NCBI GenBank assembly: GCA_013349405.1
Contig: DUZS01000004.1
Coordinates: forward strand, 94,726 to 158,725
DNA from: Desulfuromonadales bacterium
GTDB taxonomy: Bacteria; Desulfobacterota; Desulfuromonadia; Geobacterales; Pseudopelobacteraceae
Length of the DNA: 64,000 nucleotides
Direction of reading: 5' to 3'
Notes under the pieces: model-generated
What the model was told of the DNA's origin: nothing
What the model saw: the letters and a program-made list of their open reading frames with translations, nothing else
The model's database searches: none
Made by a program: the position numbers and the translations under genes
Shown here: positions 32,665 through 42,863 of the stretch, in pieces
Position numbering within the stretch: position 1 is the first letter of the stretch
Layout of the letters: the number at the start of each line of letters is the position of its first letter

Positions 32665-34215
32665 TTACACCCTCACAATCCCGTACTTTCTCATCCGGGC
32701 GCGCAGGGTGCTGGCGTTGAGACCAAGAATAATTGCAGCGCCGTTTCTTCCCTCGATACGCCAGCCGGTTTTTTTGAGCACCTGCATGATGTGGTCATGT
32801 TCCAGTTCCACAAGGGCTTTAATCTCCTGCCCGGTCGATTCCTCAATTTTCGGGAAAGACTCAAAACGGTCCAATACCTGGAGAGATGTTCCCTGGGTAA
32901 TGATGACGGCCCGTTCGATGACGCTTTCCAGCTCCCGCACGTTGCCCGGCCAGCTGTACCCCTGAAGGGAATTGAGTGTTTCTTTTGTGACGGTCTCGAT
33001 CCTCTTGCCGATCTTTTTGTTGAACTTGGCGACAAAATGATTGACGAGCAGCGGAATGTCTTCACTGCGCTGCCGGAGTGGCGGCATGGTGATGGGGAAC
33101 ACGTTGAGGCGGTAGTAGAGGTCTTCCCGGAAGGTGCCGTTCTTCACTTCATCGGCCAGGTTCCTGTTGGTGGCAGCGATGATGCGGACATCGACCTTTA
33201 TGGTGCGTGGACTGCCGAGGCGCTCAAACTCGCCGTCCTGAATGACCCTCAGCAGCTTGCATTGGAGTTCCAGCGGCATCTCGCCGATTTCGTCGAGGAA
33301 GATTGTACCGCCGTCAGCCAGCTCGAACCGTCCGATCTGCCGGGCATCAGAGCCGGTGAACGCGCCCCGCTCCCGGCCGAACAGCTCGCTTTCCACCAGG
33401 GTCGATGGCAATGTCGTGCAGTTGACGGTAATCAGAGGGCGTCCTTTGCGACTGCTGCTGCTGTGGATAGCACGAGCCACCACCCCCTTGCCGGTGCCGG
33501 TTTCACCGAGGAGTAGCACCGTTGCGTTCATGGGGGCCACCTGTTCGACCTGAAGAAATACCCGTGTCAGGACGGAACTCTGGCCAATAATCTCGCCGAA
33601 GTTGTATTCCCGGTCAACCTCCTGCTGCAGGTAGATGTTCTCTTCCTGGAGCCGGTCTTTCAAGGTTTTTATTTCTGCATAAGTCCCCTGAAGTGACCCT
33701 TCCGCCTTCTTCCGTTCCTCAATTTCCTGGGTGAGCTGGACATTCGCCGTCAGCAGGTCACTTGTCCGTTCCTGGACCGTCTCTTCAAGCTCCTTGTTAT
33801 AATTAACGAGTTTCTTATAGAGCAGCCGCACTTCGAGCATGTTGCGGATGCGGGTTTTCACTTCCACCAGATCAAACGGTTTGCTGATAAAATCCTTCGC
33901 GCCGACTTCCAGTGCCCGCAGTTTATGACCCGGTTGGGCGGTGATGACCAGAACCGGAAAGTGACTGCCGCTTTCAACACTCTTCAACTTTTCCATAACC
34001 TGGAAACCGTCCATGACCGGCATCTGCAGATCGAGCAGGATCAGGTCGTAGCGGTTTTTGTCATGCAACCCGCAGACCGTCTGTGGATCCATTGTTGAGG
34101 TGACGCAGGTATAGCCTGCTTCCACCAGTACCTGCTCAAGCAGTGTGATATTGGATTCCTGATCATCAACGATCAGGATACCGGCGCTCATTATTTCCGA
34201 CTCGGTGAGTATCAT
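32665..34215 (-). CDS. sigma-54-dependent response regulator (NtrC family: REC, coiled coil, AAA+ and Fis-type HTH)
   Basis: DLILLDLQMPVMDG, Walker A GETGTGKG, ERGAFTGS (GAFTGA variant), and a C-terminal HTH AAIILGLNASTLRARMRKYGI. The ATG overlaps the kinase stop by 4 nt. Confidence 0.9.
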   Translation of the reverse strand: MILTESEIMSAGILIVDDQESNITLLEQVLVEAGYTCVTSTMDPQTVCGLHDKNRYDLILLDLQMPVMDGFQVMEKLKSVESGSHFPVLVITAQPGHKLRALEVGAKDFISKPFDLVEVKTRIRNMLEVRLLYKKLVNYNKELEETVQERTSDLLTANVQLTQEIEERKKAEGSLQGTYAEIKTLKDRLQEENIYLQQEVDREYNFGEIIGQSSVLTRVFLQVEQVAPMNATVLLLGETGTGKGVVARAIHSSSSRKGRPLITVNCTTLPSTLVESELFGRERGAFTGSDARQIGRFELADGGTIFLDEIGEMPLELQCKLLRVIQDGEFERLGSPRTIKVDVRIIAATNRNLADEVKNGTFREDLYYRLNVFPITMPPLRQRSEDIPLLVNHFVAKFNKKIGKRIETVTKETLNSLQGYSWPGNVRELESVIERAVIITQGTSLQVLDRFESFPKIEESTGQEIKALVELEHDHIMQVLKKTGWRIEGRNGAAIILGLNASTLRARMRKYGIVRV

Positions 34216-37200
34216 ACGTGTCCTTTTGTTTTTGCGTAGTTAAGTGCGATGTTCAGTGTATCCATAAATTTATCGACGTTGATCGGTTTGGTGAGGTAGC
34301 GAAAGAACCCGGCTTTCAGTCCCATTTCGATATCGCGCGGCATGGCATTGGCACTGAGCGCCACCACCGGTATGTGGGCGGTGGTCTGATCAACCGCCAG
34401 GATTTTCATGGCGTCAATGCCGCTGATACCGGGCAGATTGATGTCCATCAGGATGACATCCGGCAGAGAGGCGCGCGCCAGCTCAATACCGCTTTTGCCG
34501 TTCCGGGCCGTCAGCAGGCGGATATCCGGTCGGCGGGCAATAATATCCTCAACCAGCATCATATTGGCCGGATTGTCCTCGACATAGAGGAGCGTCTGCG
34601 TTGGTGCGTCACCTTCTTTGTGCCCCATGACCGCTGTCATCGTTCCGGATGAATAGGCGGGAGCGTGCGGTTTTGCCATCAGGCTCATCTCTATCCAGAA
34701 GACACTCCCCACGCCAACGGTACTTTCCACGCCGATGACACCCCCCATCAGCTCAACGAGGCGTTTGGACACGACCAGTCCGATACCGGTTCCCTGTTCG
34801 CCGCTCGATTCCTGTCCAAGACGATTAAACGGCTGGAAAAGCTGGGCAAGCTGTTTTGGAGTGAGTCCTGCCCCGGTATCCCGAACGTTGATCCGAACCG
34901 ACTCCGTGCCGTTCACAACGCTCTCCACCAGCACCGTTCCGCCCGCTCTGTTATATTTGATCGCGTTGGAAAGAAGATTGATGAGCACCTGTTTGACCCG
35001 TGTTCGATCCGCCTCGATAAAGCAGGGGAGAGCGAATTCTTGAAAGGTCACGCTGATGGCATGTTTTATCGCCTCTGGTTCGATCATGGTCTCACATTCG
35101 TGCATGACTTCAGGCAGGGAAACCGGTTCCAGCGACATGGAAAGTTTGCCTGACTCTATCAAGGCGAGGTCGAGGATCTCGTTGATTAACTCGAGCAGGT
35201 ACCAGCCGGCCTTGAGAATCTGATCGATGCTGCGCTTCTGGTTTGGGGTCGGCTGAGGTGAACCGGATTCCACGAGTTGGGCAAAGCCGAGGATCGCACT
35301 GAGCGGCGTGCGCAGCTCATGGCTCATACTGGAGAGGAAATCCGATTTTGCCAGGTTGGCTTTTTCCGCGACAAGCGTGGCACGCTCCAGTTCGATGTTT
35401 TTATCCTGCAGTACCTGTTCGAGCCGGACACGTTCGGCTTCAACCAGCTTGCGAGCGGTGTTGTCGGTGCCGATCAGCAGGTATCCGATGATAGCATTAT
35501 GGACATCGCGCAGAGCCGTTACCGACACGACCGCCGGAAAACGGCTGCCATCCTTGCGGATATAGGTCAGTTCGTAAATATCCTCAATGCTGCGCGAAGC
35601 CTTGAACACCAGAGCCTCAAAACCGGGCGCGATGGCGGTGCCGAGTTCGGAACTCAAGGTCTCGGCACGCAAAATAACTTCCTGCGGATCGGAAATTTCG
35701 GCCGGGGTGATCTTGTTCATCACTTCTGCGGCCGTGTAACCGAGCATCCGCTCTGCGCCGACATTAAAGATCTGGATAACCCCCTTGGCGTCGGTGGCGA
35801 TACTGGAGAAGTTGGCGCTGTTAAAAATCGCACTTTGCAGCGCCCCCGCTTTGACCAGGGCCTCTTCCGCCAGCTTGCGAGCCGATATATCGCGCAAAAT
35901 TCCGGTGAAGTAGCGCTGCCCTCCCATCCACATCTCGCTGGCTGCAAGCTCCAACGGGAAATAGCTGCCGTCTTTACGTTTCCCCATAACTTCGCGACCG
36001 TGGCCACTGGCACGAGCCGCTTCACTCGCGCTGTAATATTCGAGAGAACCGTCGCGTTGATCCTGATCGAGCTCAGGAATCAGCAGACTGAAGTTCTGAC
36101 CTTCGAGTTCTTTAGCCGTATAGCCGAACATCAGTTCAGCCGCAGGATTAACCGTTTCAACGAGAGCGCCGTGTGCATGAATGGTGATAATTCCATCCAC
36201 CACGGTATTGAGAATCGCCCGCATCAGCGCGGCACTGTCACGCATCGATTGCTGCACCAGGTATTCCTCGGTGACATCACGGAACACCAGCACGGCGCCG
36301 ATCACCTGATCTTCGCGGTTGCGGATCGGGGAGCAGCTGTCAGCAATATCATATTCGCTGCCATCGCGGGCAATCAACACGGTGTGGTTGGCCAGGCCCT
36401 GGGACGTGCCATGGAGAATGGCAGCCATTATCGGGATAGGTGCGGGGAGTCGGGTCTCTTTATTGACAATGTGAAAGATCTCGTCTACCAGGTGCCCGGA
36501 AGCTTCAGCTCCACTCCAGCCGGTGAGCTGTTCGGCAACCGGATTCATGCGGGTTATCCGCGCTGTGTCATCGGTTGCTATTACCGCATCGCCGATGGAG
36601 TTGAGCGTTACGGCAAGCTGCTCTTTGCTGTCCCGCAGGACGGTCTCAAGCTGCATGGCGAGCTCTCGTGCCTCGCATAACGATTCGTTCTGCATCTCCA
36701 GTTCGACCTGGGATGTTTCCAGTTCCTGCTGGGAGCGTTGCAAATCAGTGTTCTGCGCCTCCAGTTCGTACTGGGAAATCTCCAGCTGAGCTAAAAGTTT
36801 CCGCGTTTTTTCATCGTTTTCCTGTAATGACACGTTGGCCTGTGCCAGTTGTGTATTTGAATCTTTCTGAATCTCAAGCAGATGCTCTGTTTCAAGATGA
36901 ACGATATCTTTAAGCCGCTGCTTGGATTCTTTATAGATCAGATAGGCGAACGCAAGTGCCAGCAGTAGCGTCATCAGACTGGCGAAAGCAATGGCGGCAA
37001 AAAGCATACGCAGTTTAGATTGAAATTCCGCTTCGCTTTGCAGCAGCACTCCCTGCTTTTTGCTGAAGCTGTCGATCTCGGCGCGAATCGAATCCATAAG
37101 CGGCTTACCCTGCATGCCGCGTATATTTACTAATGGGGCCGCAAGGTTGCCGGCGCGACGCAACTCGATATTTTTAGCGAAATATGCCAGTTTCGTATCA

Positions 37201-37535
37201 ATCAATGGCACCAGTGCATCCAGATTTTTATCGGCACCACTCATCCGGGGCGTTTGGCGTAATTGTGCCAACCGGACTTTGACCGTATCGCGTACCGCCA
37301 GGTACGGCTGCAGAAAGCTTTCCTCTCCGGTTAACAGATAGCCCCGCAGGCCGGTCTCGGCATCCAGTAATTCGGATTGCATCTCGCCTGTGAGGCTTAT
37401 TACTGTGGAGATCTGCCTGCGTGCTTCGGCAGCAGTTGCGATCTGGCGGAAAGAGTGGAAGGTTAGCGACACAACCAGCACAACCATAAGCGCCAGTCCG
37501 ACAAGTAAGCAGATAATTTTAGTACTGTATTTCAT
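34212..37535 (-). CDS. hybrid sensor histidine kinase (CHASE3, TM, coiled coil, 3 PAS, HisKA, HATPase and REC)
   Basis: CHASE3 motif ETGLRGYLLTGEESFLQPY, H-box SHELRTPLSAILGF, GTGIGL, REC DVILMDINLPGISG. Start set at ATG 37535, after the upstream stop at 37552. Confidence 0.9.
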   Translation of the reverse strand: MKYSTKIICLLVGLALMVVLVVSLTFHSFRQIATAAEARRQISTVISLTGEMQSELLDAETGLRGYLLTGEESFLQPYLAVRDTVKVRLAQLRQTPRMSGADKNLDALVPLIDTKLAYFAKNIELRRAGNLAAPLVNIRGMQGKPLMDSIRAEIDSFSKKQGVLLQSEAEFQSKLRMLFAAIAFASLMTLLLALAFAYLIYKESKQRLKDIVHLETEHLLEIQKDSNTQLAQANVSLQENDEKTRKLLAQLEISQYELEAQNTDLQRSQQELETSQVELEMQNESLCEARELAMQLETVLRDSKEQLAVTLNSIGDAVIATDDTARITRMNPVAEQLTGWSGAEASGHLVDEIFHIVNKETRLPAPIPIMAAILHGTSQGLANHTVLIARDGSEYDIADSCSPIRNREDQVIGAVLVFRDVTEEYLVQQSMRDSAALMRAILNTVVDGIITIHAHGALVETVNPAAELMFGYTAKELEGQNFSLLIPELDQDQRDGSLEYYSASEAARASGHGREVMGKRKDGSYFPLELAASEMWMGGQRYFTGILRDISARKLAEEALVKAGALQSAIFNSANFSSIATDAKGVIQIFNVGAERMLGYTAAEVMNKITPAEISDPQEVILRAETLSSELGTAIAPGFEALVFKASRSIEDIYELTYIRKDGSRFPAVVSVTALRDVHNAIIGYLLIGTDNTARKLVEAERVRLEQVLQDKNIELERATLVAEKANLAKSDFLSSMSHELRTPLSAILGFAQLVESGSPQPTPNQKRSIDQILKAGWYLLELINEILDLALIESGKLSMSLEPVSLPEVMHECETMIEPEAIKHAISVTFQEFALPCFIEADRTRVKQVLINLLSNAIKYNRAGGTVLVESVVNGTESVRINVRDTGAGLTPKQLAQLFQPFNRLGQESSGEQGTGIGLVVSKRLVELMGGVIGVESTVGVGSVFWIEMSLMAKPHAPAYSSGTMTAVMGHKEGDAPTQTLLYVEDNPANMMLVEDIIARRPDIRLLTARNGKSGIELARASLPDVILMDINLPGISGIDAMKILAVDQTTAHIPVVALSANAMPRDIEMGLKAGFFRYLTKPINVDKFMDTLNIALNYAKTKGHV

Positions 37536-37551
37536 GGTGGAGGTTCCTTGG

Positions 37552-40251
37552 TCACGCATTCGCTTCAAGCATCGCCTGCAGCCGTACGTTCTCCGCCCGC
37601 AGTTCCGCTTCCAGAGTCTTGGTTGCGGTGATGTTGGCAAAGGTAATTACCACACCGGAAATGACGTCATCCATGGTGCGGTATGGCATGATGCGTACCG
37701 AAAACCAGCGATTGTCGGTGGTGGTGATCTGTTTTTCCGAAAAGATCAGCGTACGGTGTACCTGACGCGAGTCCTCGATAATGTCGGGATAGTTGAGGTC
37801 GTTGACGATTTCGGAAAGAGGTCGGCCGATATCAACGGTACGCAGCTTGAATATGGTATCAGTCCCGCTGGTGAAGCGCCGGATATGGAGATCATTGTCC
37901 AGAAATACGGTCACGATTTCGGTACTGTTGAGCAGGTTGCGCATATCGTTGTTGACCCGCGCAAGCTCGTCCATTTTCGACTGCTGCTCGGCGTTCACCG
38001 TCTGTAGCTCTTCATTCAGTGACTGCATCTCCTCCCTCGAAGTGGTCAGCTCTTCGTTGGTGGATTGCAGCTCTTCGTTGGTTGACTGTAGTTCCTCATT
38101 GGTAGATTTAAGCTCCTCCTGGGAGGATTGCATCTCTTCGCGGTTGGCCTGGAGCGTTTCCCGGAACTGACGTTGTTCCTGTTCCAGTTCGAGCACCCGG
38201 GCGCTGCTGATTGAAGGGGGGCCGTCATGATTCGACGGAGCATGAACCTGGATGGGCGATGACACGTCGCGGAAGATGATCATGACCATCCCGCGCAGCG
38301 CTTCCGGTTCTTCGACGGACTGAACGGTGATGTCAACCGATTGTGCTGCATCACCTTTGCCCACCGTGAGACCCTTGGCCATGACGGTCTCTTTGAGTCG
38401 GACCGCTCTCTGGAACGCACTGCCAAGATCAGAACGAAGCCCTTCACGAGCCATTGCAAAAATATTCCAGTTGGCTTTTCCGGCGGCAGGTTCCAGGTAT
38501 TTGCCGGTTTTGCCACTGATATAGAGAATATCACCGCTTTCATTGGTCAGTACGGCGGGTGGTGAAAACTGCTGCAGAAGCAGATTGTCGGCCAGTGACT
38601 GCAGGTTGACAGCCGGTTTTACCATCGGCAACTCCTTTGAGGTTCCGTGAAAAGCGGGAACAAACGAGGCGGGAAATGCAAGCGGCTCTAACTGTATGAC
38701 GGACTCCCGCCGCTGGAAGAAGCGCGACTTGACGTTCAATGGTGCAAAAAGGTGCGTATAGGTGCTGATGGTTTCGGCACTCCCCAGAAACAGGATGCCG
38801 CCCGGTGCAAGGCTGTAATGGAAGAGCGGCATGAGCTTTTTCTGCAGTTCCGGTGTCAGATAGATGAGCAGGTTACGGCAGATGAGGATATTCAGCCGTG
38901 TAAATGGGGGATCCATGATGATGTTCTGTGTGGCAAAGGTCACGACATCGCGGATCTCCTTGCTGACCCGGTAGCCGTTTTCCTCCTTGATAAAGAACCG
39001 TTTCAGCTGTTCGTCGGCAACATTCTCGCTGATGGTGAGCGGATAGAACCCATGACGGGCCTTGTCAATCGAATCGTTATCCAGATCGGTGGCAAAAATC
39101 TGCAGCGAAAAATTTTCAGACGGTCTGACCTGTTCCAGCGCCATCTTGAAGGCGATGGCCAGCGAGTAGGGTTCCTCTCCGCTTGAACAGCCGGCCGACC
39201 ATGCCCGCAGAATCCCGCCTGACGGGTGCGCGGCCAACAGCGCCGGTATGCCTTCCTTGATCAGATATTCCCATGACTCGGGGTCGCGAAAAAAGCTCGT
39301 CACACCAATCAACAGCTCTTTGAAGAGAATTTCCACCTCCTGGGGGTTCTCCCGCAGGTAGCGGACATACGCCCCGATCCGGTCAATCTGGTGGACACTC
39401 ATGCGCCGCTCAATGCGGCGCTGCACAGTGTTTTTCTTGTACAATGAGAAGTCACTGCCGGTCTTGGCCCGCAGGAGGATGAGGACCTTCTCCAGGGCGC
39501 TTTGATCTTTCTCCTCCAGCGGTGGTTCACTCCTGGTAATGACCAGGGTGTGGTGGAGATAGGCGATGATCTTGCCCGGCAGCTCCTCGGCCGGGGCGAC
39601 AATATCTGCTACCCCGGCATTAATGGCGCTTTTCGGCATGCTGTCGAATTTTGCTGAAGCCGGCTCCTGTGCCAGGGTCACGCCACCATGCTCTTTAATC
39701 GCCGTGAGCCCCAGCGTGCCGTCCGAACCCATACCGGAGAGGACAACTCCAATGGCACCATCCGTGCGATCATCGGCTAAAGAGTGGAAGAAAAAATCGA
39801 TCGGAAGCCGGAGACCACGCGCTGCCGCCGGTTCAAACAGGTGCAGCACGCCGTGCAGGAGGGACATGTCCCTGTTGGGCGGGATGACATACACGCAGTC
39901 CGGTTGAACCTTCATCTGATCTATGACCTGAAAAACCTTCATCCCGGTAACCCGCTGGAGCAGCTCAGGCATGATCCCCTTGTGGGTTGGATCCAGGTGC
40001 TGAATGATGACAAAAGCGCAGCCGCAATTTTCCGTCACATGCCGCAGAAACTGTTCCAGCGCCTCAAGTCCACCGGCAGAGGCACCGATGCCGACGATGG
40101 GGAAGGGGGCTTCCGGAATGCTTTCACAGGAAGCCGGTTCGTGGGCATTTCCACGTCTGGTCATTTTAGTTCGCACTTTCATACGGTTACCATAACAGTA
40201 TTCCGGCGAATGCACTAATTTATTGTGTGGAGCCCCTCCCGCGCGGTTCAT
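37552..40251 (-). CDS. CheB methylesterase/CheR methyltransferase fusion with a coiled coil and C-terminal PAS
   Basis: VGIGASAGGLEALEQFL, VIIQHLDP, the CheR SAM region ILRAWSAGCSSGEEPYSLA, STNEELQ x3, then PAS. Confidence 0.85.
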   Translation of the reverse strand: MNRAGGAPHNKLVHSPEYCYGNRMKVRTKMTRRGNAHEPASCESIPEAPFPIVGIGASAGGLEALEQFLRHVTENCGCAFVIIQHLDPTHKGIMPELLQRVTGMKVFQVIDQMKVQPDCVYVIPPNRDMSLLHGVLHLFEPAAARGLRLPIDFFFHSLADDRTDGAIGVVLSGMGSDGTLGLTAIKEHGGVTLAQEPASAKFDSMPKSAINAGVADIVAPAEELPGKIIAYLHHTLVITRSEPPLEEKDQSALEKVLILLRAKTGSDFSLYKKNTVQRRIERRMSVHQIDRIGAYVRYLRENPQEVEILFKELLIGVTSFFRDPESWEYLIKEGIPALLAAHPSGGILRAWSAGCSSGEEPYSLAIAFKMALEQVRPSENFSLQIFATDLDNDSIDKARHGFYPLTISENVADEQLKRFFIKEENGYRVSKEIRDVVTFATQNIIMDPPFTRLNILICRNLLIYLTPELQKKLMPLFHYSLAPGGILFLGSAETISTYTHLFAPLNVKSRFFQRRESVIQLEPLAFPASFVPAFHGTSKELPMVKPAVNLQSLADNLLLQQFSPPAVLTNESGDILYISGKTGKYLEPAAGKANWNIFAMAREGLRSDLGSAFQRAVRLKETVMAKGLTVGKGDAAQSVDITVQSVEEPEALRGMVMIIFRDVSSPIQVHAPSNHDGPPSISSARVLELEQEQRQFRETLQANREEMQSSQEELKSTNEELQSTNEELQSTNEELTTSREEMQSLNEELQTVNAEQQSKMDELARVNNDMRNLLNSTEIVTVFLDNDLHIRRFTSGTDTIFKLRTVDIGRPLSEIVNDLNYPDIIEDSRQVHRTLIFSEKQITTTDNRWFSVRIMPYRTMDDVISGVVITFANITATKTLEAELRAENVRLQAMLEANA

Positions 40252-40405
40252 CGTTCCTCTTCATGAATGTCCCCCTCAATATACTAAAGAACCACCAAAT
40301 ATGAAGGCTAACCAGGCTTTTGAGGCCGGTAGATTGTGGTGGTACGTGAAGCCAACAACCTGTAATGGCACGATATTACCGCTGTTAATATGATTATTAA
40401 TTTGT

Positions 40406-40421
40406 TGGCGGACTAATTGCT
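40406..40421 (+). promoter_or_regulatory. sigma-54 -24/-12 promoter candidate (Ig-like/DUF3494 lipoprotein operon)
   Basis: TGGCGG-ACTAA-TTGCT. The leader to ATG 40685 is about 265 nt. Confidence 0.55.
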
Positions 40422-40684
40422 TTACTAGGGACATGATCCTGGTCATTCCACAAAAATACTGGATTTTATTCCATTTTTCGGTGGGGGATATATCACGAAT
40501 AAGCAGCGCCAAGATGTCTTCATTGAAGAAATAAGGGAGGGGAAATGCGAAATAACGAATTTGTACCAGGCACCAGTGAGGGTGCACGACCGTAAAACAG
40601 TCCCATGAGAGAAAGAGGCAGACCATCAGGCGTGCCACTACATTAGCTTCACCTGTTTGACCGTCCCTTAAGGAGGGGACACAT

Positions 40685-42751
40685 ATGAATAAAAATAAAC
40701 TCGTAACAAAGATGCGTTATCTGATGTTGCTCACCGTCGCGTTTGTGGCCGGATGTGCAAGTAATGGCCAGGAAATTCCGCTGATTCCTGCTGACACTAT
40801 CGCACCCACGGTGAGCTTTACGGCGCCGGATAGCGCTCAAACCGCCGTTCCTGTCAACCGGAAAGTTTCTGTTGCTTTTAGTGAGGCAATGAACCAGTCA
40901 ACACTCACTGCGGCAACGTTCAAAGTTTCCGGTCCGGGCCTGACGCCCGTGCCAGGTGCAGTCACCGGAGTTGGTCCGACAGCAATCTTTACGCCGACAA
41001 CAGCATTCTCTAACAGTACTCTCTATACCGCCACGATTACCGTTGGTGCCAAAGATCCTGCCGGTAATGCGCTGGCTGCAAACTATTCATGGACCTTCAC
41101 CACAAGCGCAATCGCTGACGTTATCAAACCGACGGTCAGTTTCACCGCGCCGATTACCGGCCAAACGGCTGTTCCCACAAACCGGATAATCCACGTAGCG
41201 TTCAGCGAGGTAATGGATCCTTTTACAATTATCGGAGCAAACGTTACGTTGACAGCCCCGGGTGCTGTTCCTGTTGCCGGAACTGTTGAGGGTATCGGAA
41301 CATCTGCCACCTTCACGCCGACCAGCGCACTGGCCAACAACACGTTGTATACCGCTACGGTCAAAACCGGTGTTAAAGACCTGGCAGGTAATACCATGGC
41401 AAGTAACTATGTCTTTACCTTCACGACAGGTCTGGCCGCAGACACAACACGTCCGACGGTAAATGTCACATCACCGACCGACACCGCAATAGCCGTGCCA
41501 CTCAACCGGAAAGTAAGCGTCGGCTTCAGTGAGGTGATGGATCCATTAACGATCACCACGACTTCATTTACGTTAACTGGCCCGGGTGTAACTCCCGTAG
41601 TGGGAACAGTTGCTCCAAGTGGTACGTCAGCTGTCTTTACGCCATCCAGTAATCTTGCCTACAGCACTCTCTATACCGGTACGATTACCACTGCAGCCAA
41701 AGACCTGGCCGGCAATGCCCTGGCAAGTAACTTTGTCTTTACCTTCACAACCGGTACACTTGCAGATAGTACAGCTCCGATCGTGGTGACGGTGAACCCC
41801 GCTGATCTCGCAACTGATGTGGCGATAAACAGCGCCGTTCATGCAACATTCAACAAGGATATGGATCCTCTGACCTTCAGCAGCACAACCTTTACGCTGC
41901 AGACATCCGGCCCGCCATTAGGTGTTCCCGCTGTAACAGGAGCGGTTACCTATAACACGCTGACCAAAATAGCCACTTTCACACCGGCAGCGGATCTCGC
42001 CGTCGACACGAAATATACTGCAACCGTTACAACCGGAGTCAAGGATCTGGCCGGTAATGCCCTGACAAGTGACAAGGTCTGGAGCTTTACAACAGCCGCC
42101 GCAATTGTCCCGCCGCCTGTTAACAATACTCACCTTGGTTCGGCAGCAGCCAACGGGATCATGGCAACCTCCTCAATTTCCAGTACCGGCCCTTCTGTCG
42201 TTAATGGTGATGTTGCCATGGAACCGGGCACTGCCAACGGTTTGCTGCCATCACAGGTAAACGGTACAATCAATCTGAATAATGCAATATCACACCAGGC
42301 CTATGCCGACCTGCTGATCGGGTATAATTACTACAAAGCCCTGCCATCGGGAACGATCATCACAGCCGGTGCAGATCTGGGTGCGTTATACCCGTTAGGT
42401 ATTCCACCGGGTACCTATACATCGGGAAGTACGATGTCAATCGCTACTCCTCTCAAGCTTGATGCGGGCGGTAACCCGAATGCCGTGTGGGTATTTCAGA
42501 TCGGCTCCTCACTGACAACGACCACGCCGTTAGGTAATGTTCAACTCCTCAACGGTGCAAACCCCAACAATGTGTTTTGGGTTCCTACTGCGTCAGCGAC
42601 TATCGGAGTCGGTACCACCTTCTACGGTACTGTTATTGCCGGTGTAACTATCACCGGTCAGACCGGTGCCACCATTAACGGTCGATTGTTGGCCGGGGCA
42701 ATCGGTGCCGGCGTAATTACGCTGGATAGCAATGTTGTTACCGTTCCGTAA
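40685..42751 (+). CDS. lipoprotein with four SbsA/Big_5-type Ig-like repeats and a C-terminal DUF3494 (ice-binding-like) domain
   Basis: Lipobox FVAGC. Four approx. 100-aa repeats (D..PTV.FT.P...V..N..I.V.FSE.MD..T......L...G..V.G.V......A.FTP...L...T.YT.T......DLAGNAL). The C-terminus is LGSAAANGIMA...NVFWVPTASATIGVGTTFYGTVIAG. Confidence 0.85.
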   Translation: MNKNKLVTKMRYLMLLTVAFVAGCASNGQEIPLIPADTIAPTVSFTAPDSAQTAVPVNRKVSVAFSEAMNQSTLTAATFKVSGPGLTPVPGAVTGVGPTAIFTPTTAFSNSTLYTATITVGAKDPAGNALAANYSWTFTTSAIADVIKPTVSFTAPITGQTAVPTNRIIHVAFSEVMDPFTIIGANVTLTAPGAVPVAGTVEGIGTSATFTPTSALANNTLYTATVKTGVKDLAGNTMASNYVFTFTTGLAADTTRPTVNVTSPTDTAIAVPLNRKVSVGFSEVMDPLTITTTSFTLTGPGVTPVVGTVAPSGTSAVFTPSSNLAYSTLYTGTITTAAKDLAGNALASNFVFTFTTGTLADSTAPIVVTVNPADLATDVAINSAVHATFNKDMDPLTFSSTTFTLQTSGPPLGVPAVTGAVTYNTLTKIATFTPAADLAVDTKYTATVTTGVKDLAGNALTSDKVWSFTTAAAIVPPPVNNTHLGSAAANGIMATSSISSTGPSVVNGDVAMEPGTANGLLPSQVNGTINLNNAISHQAYADLLIGYNYYKALPSGTIITAGADLGALYPLGIPPGTYTSGSTMSIATPLKLDAGGNPNAVWVFQIGSSLTTTTPLGNVQLLNGANPNNVFWVPTASATIGVGTTFYGTVIAGVTITGQTGATINGRLLAGAIGAGVITLDSNVVTVP

Positions 42752-42780
42752 GCTGCACGTGCATCAGATCTAAATATGTC

Positions 42781-42815
42781 GGTTATCCCCGCAGCCACAG
42801 GTTGCGGGGATAACC
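42781..42815 (+). other. 13-bp-stem hairpin between co-oriented genes
   Basis: GGTTATCCCCGCA-N9-TGCGGGGATAACC with no U-tract. Confidence 0.4.
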
Positions 42816-42863
42816 CCTGAAGAAAATGTAAACTCATTCAAAAAATAGAGAGGAGAACTTAAA

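Noticed and set aside
35277-36680. Long ORFs antisense to recognised genes: 35277-36680 (467 aa), 32659-33516, 28158-29003, 21825-22670, 50728-51516, 46572-47465, 47060-47779, 9407-10090, 17813-18439, 19551-20051, 20064-20594, 54960-55568, 56521-57096 and 53791-54345.
   Set aside because: Each lies opposite a gene with clear family motifs. They have Arg/Gly/Ala-rich compositions typical of antisense frames in GC-rich DNA, and no SD or recognisable domains.
38043-38115. A 21-nt tandem DNA repeat encoding STNEELQ x3 in the CheB/CheR-PAS gene.
   Set aside because: This heptad-type coiled-coil repeat is a normal feature of this protein family's linker. It is not an independent element.
40366-40380. 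An additional sigma-54-like match, TGGCAC-GATAT-TACCG.
   Set aside because: The -12 element lacks both TT and GC at the required positions. The nearby 40406-40421 site fits better. This TAATGGCAC may instead belong to the recurring AATGGCA upstream element.
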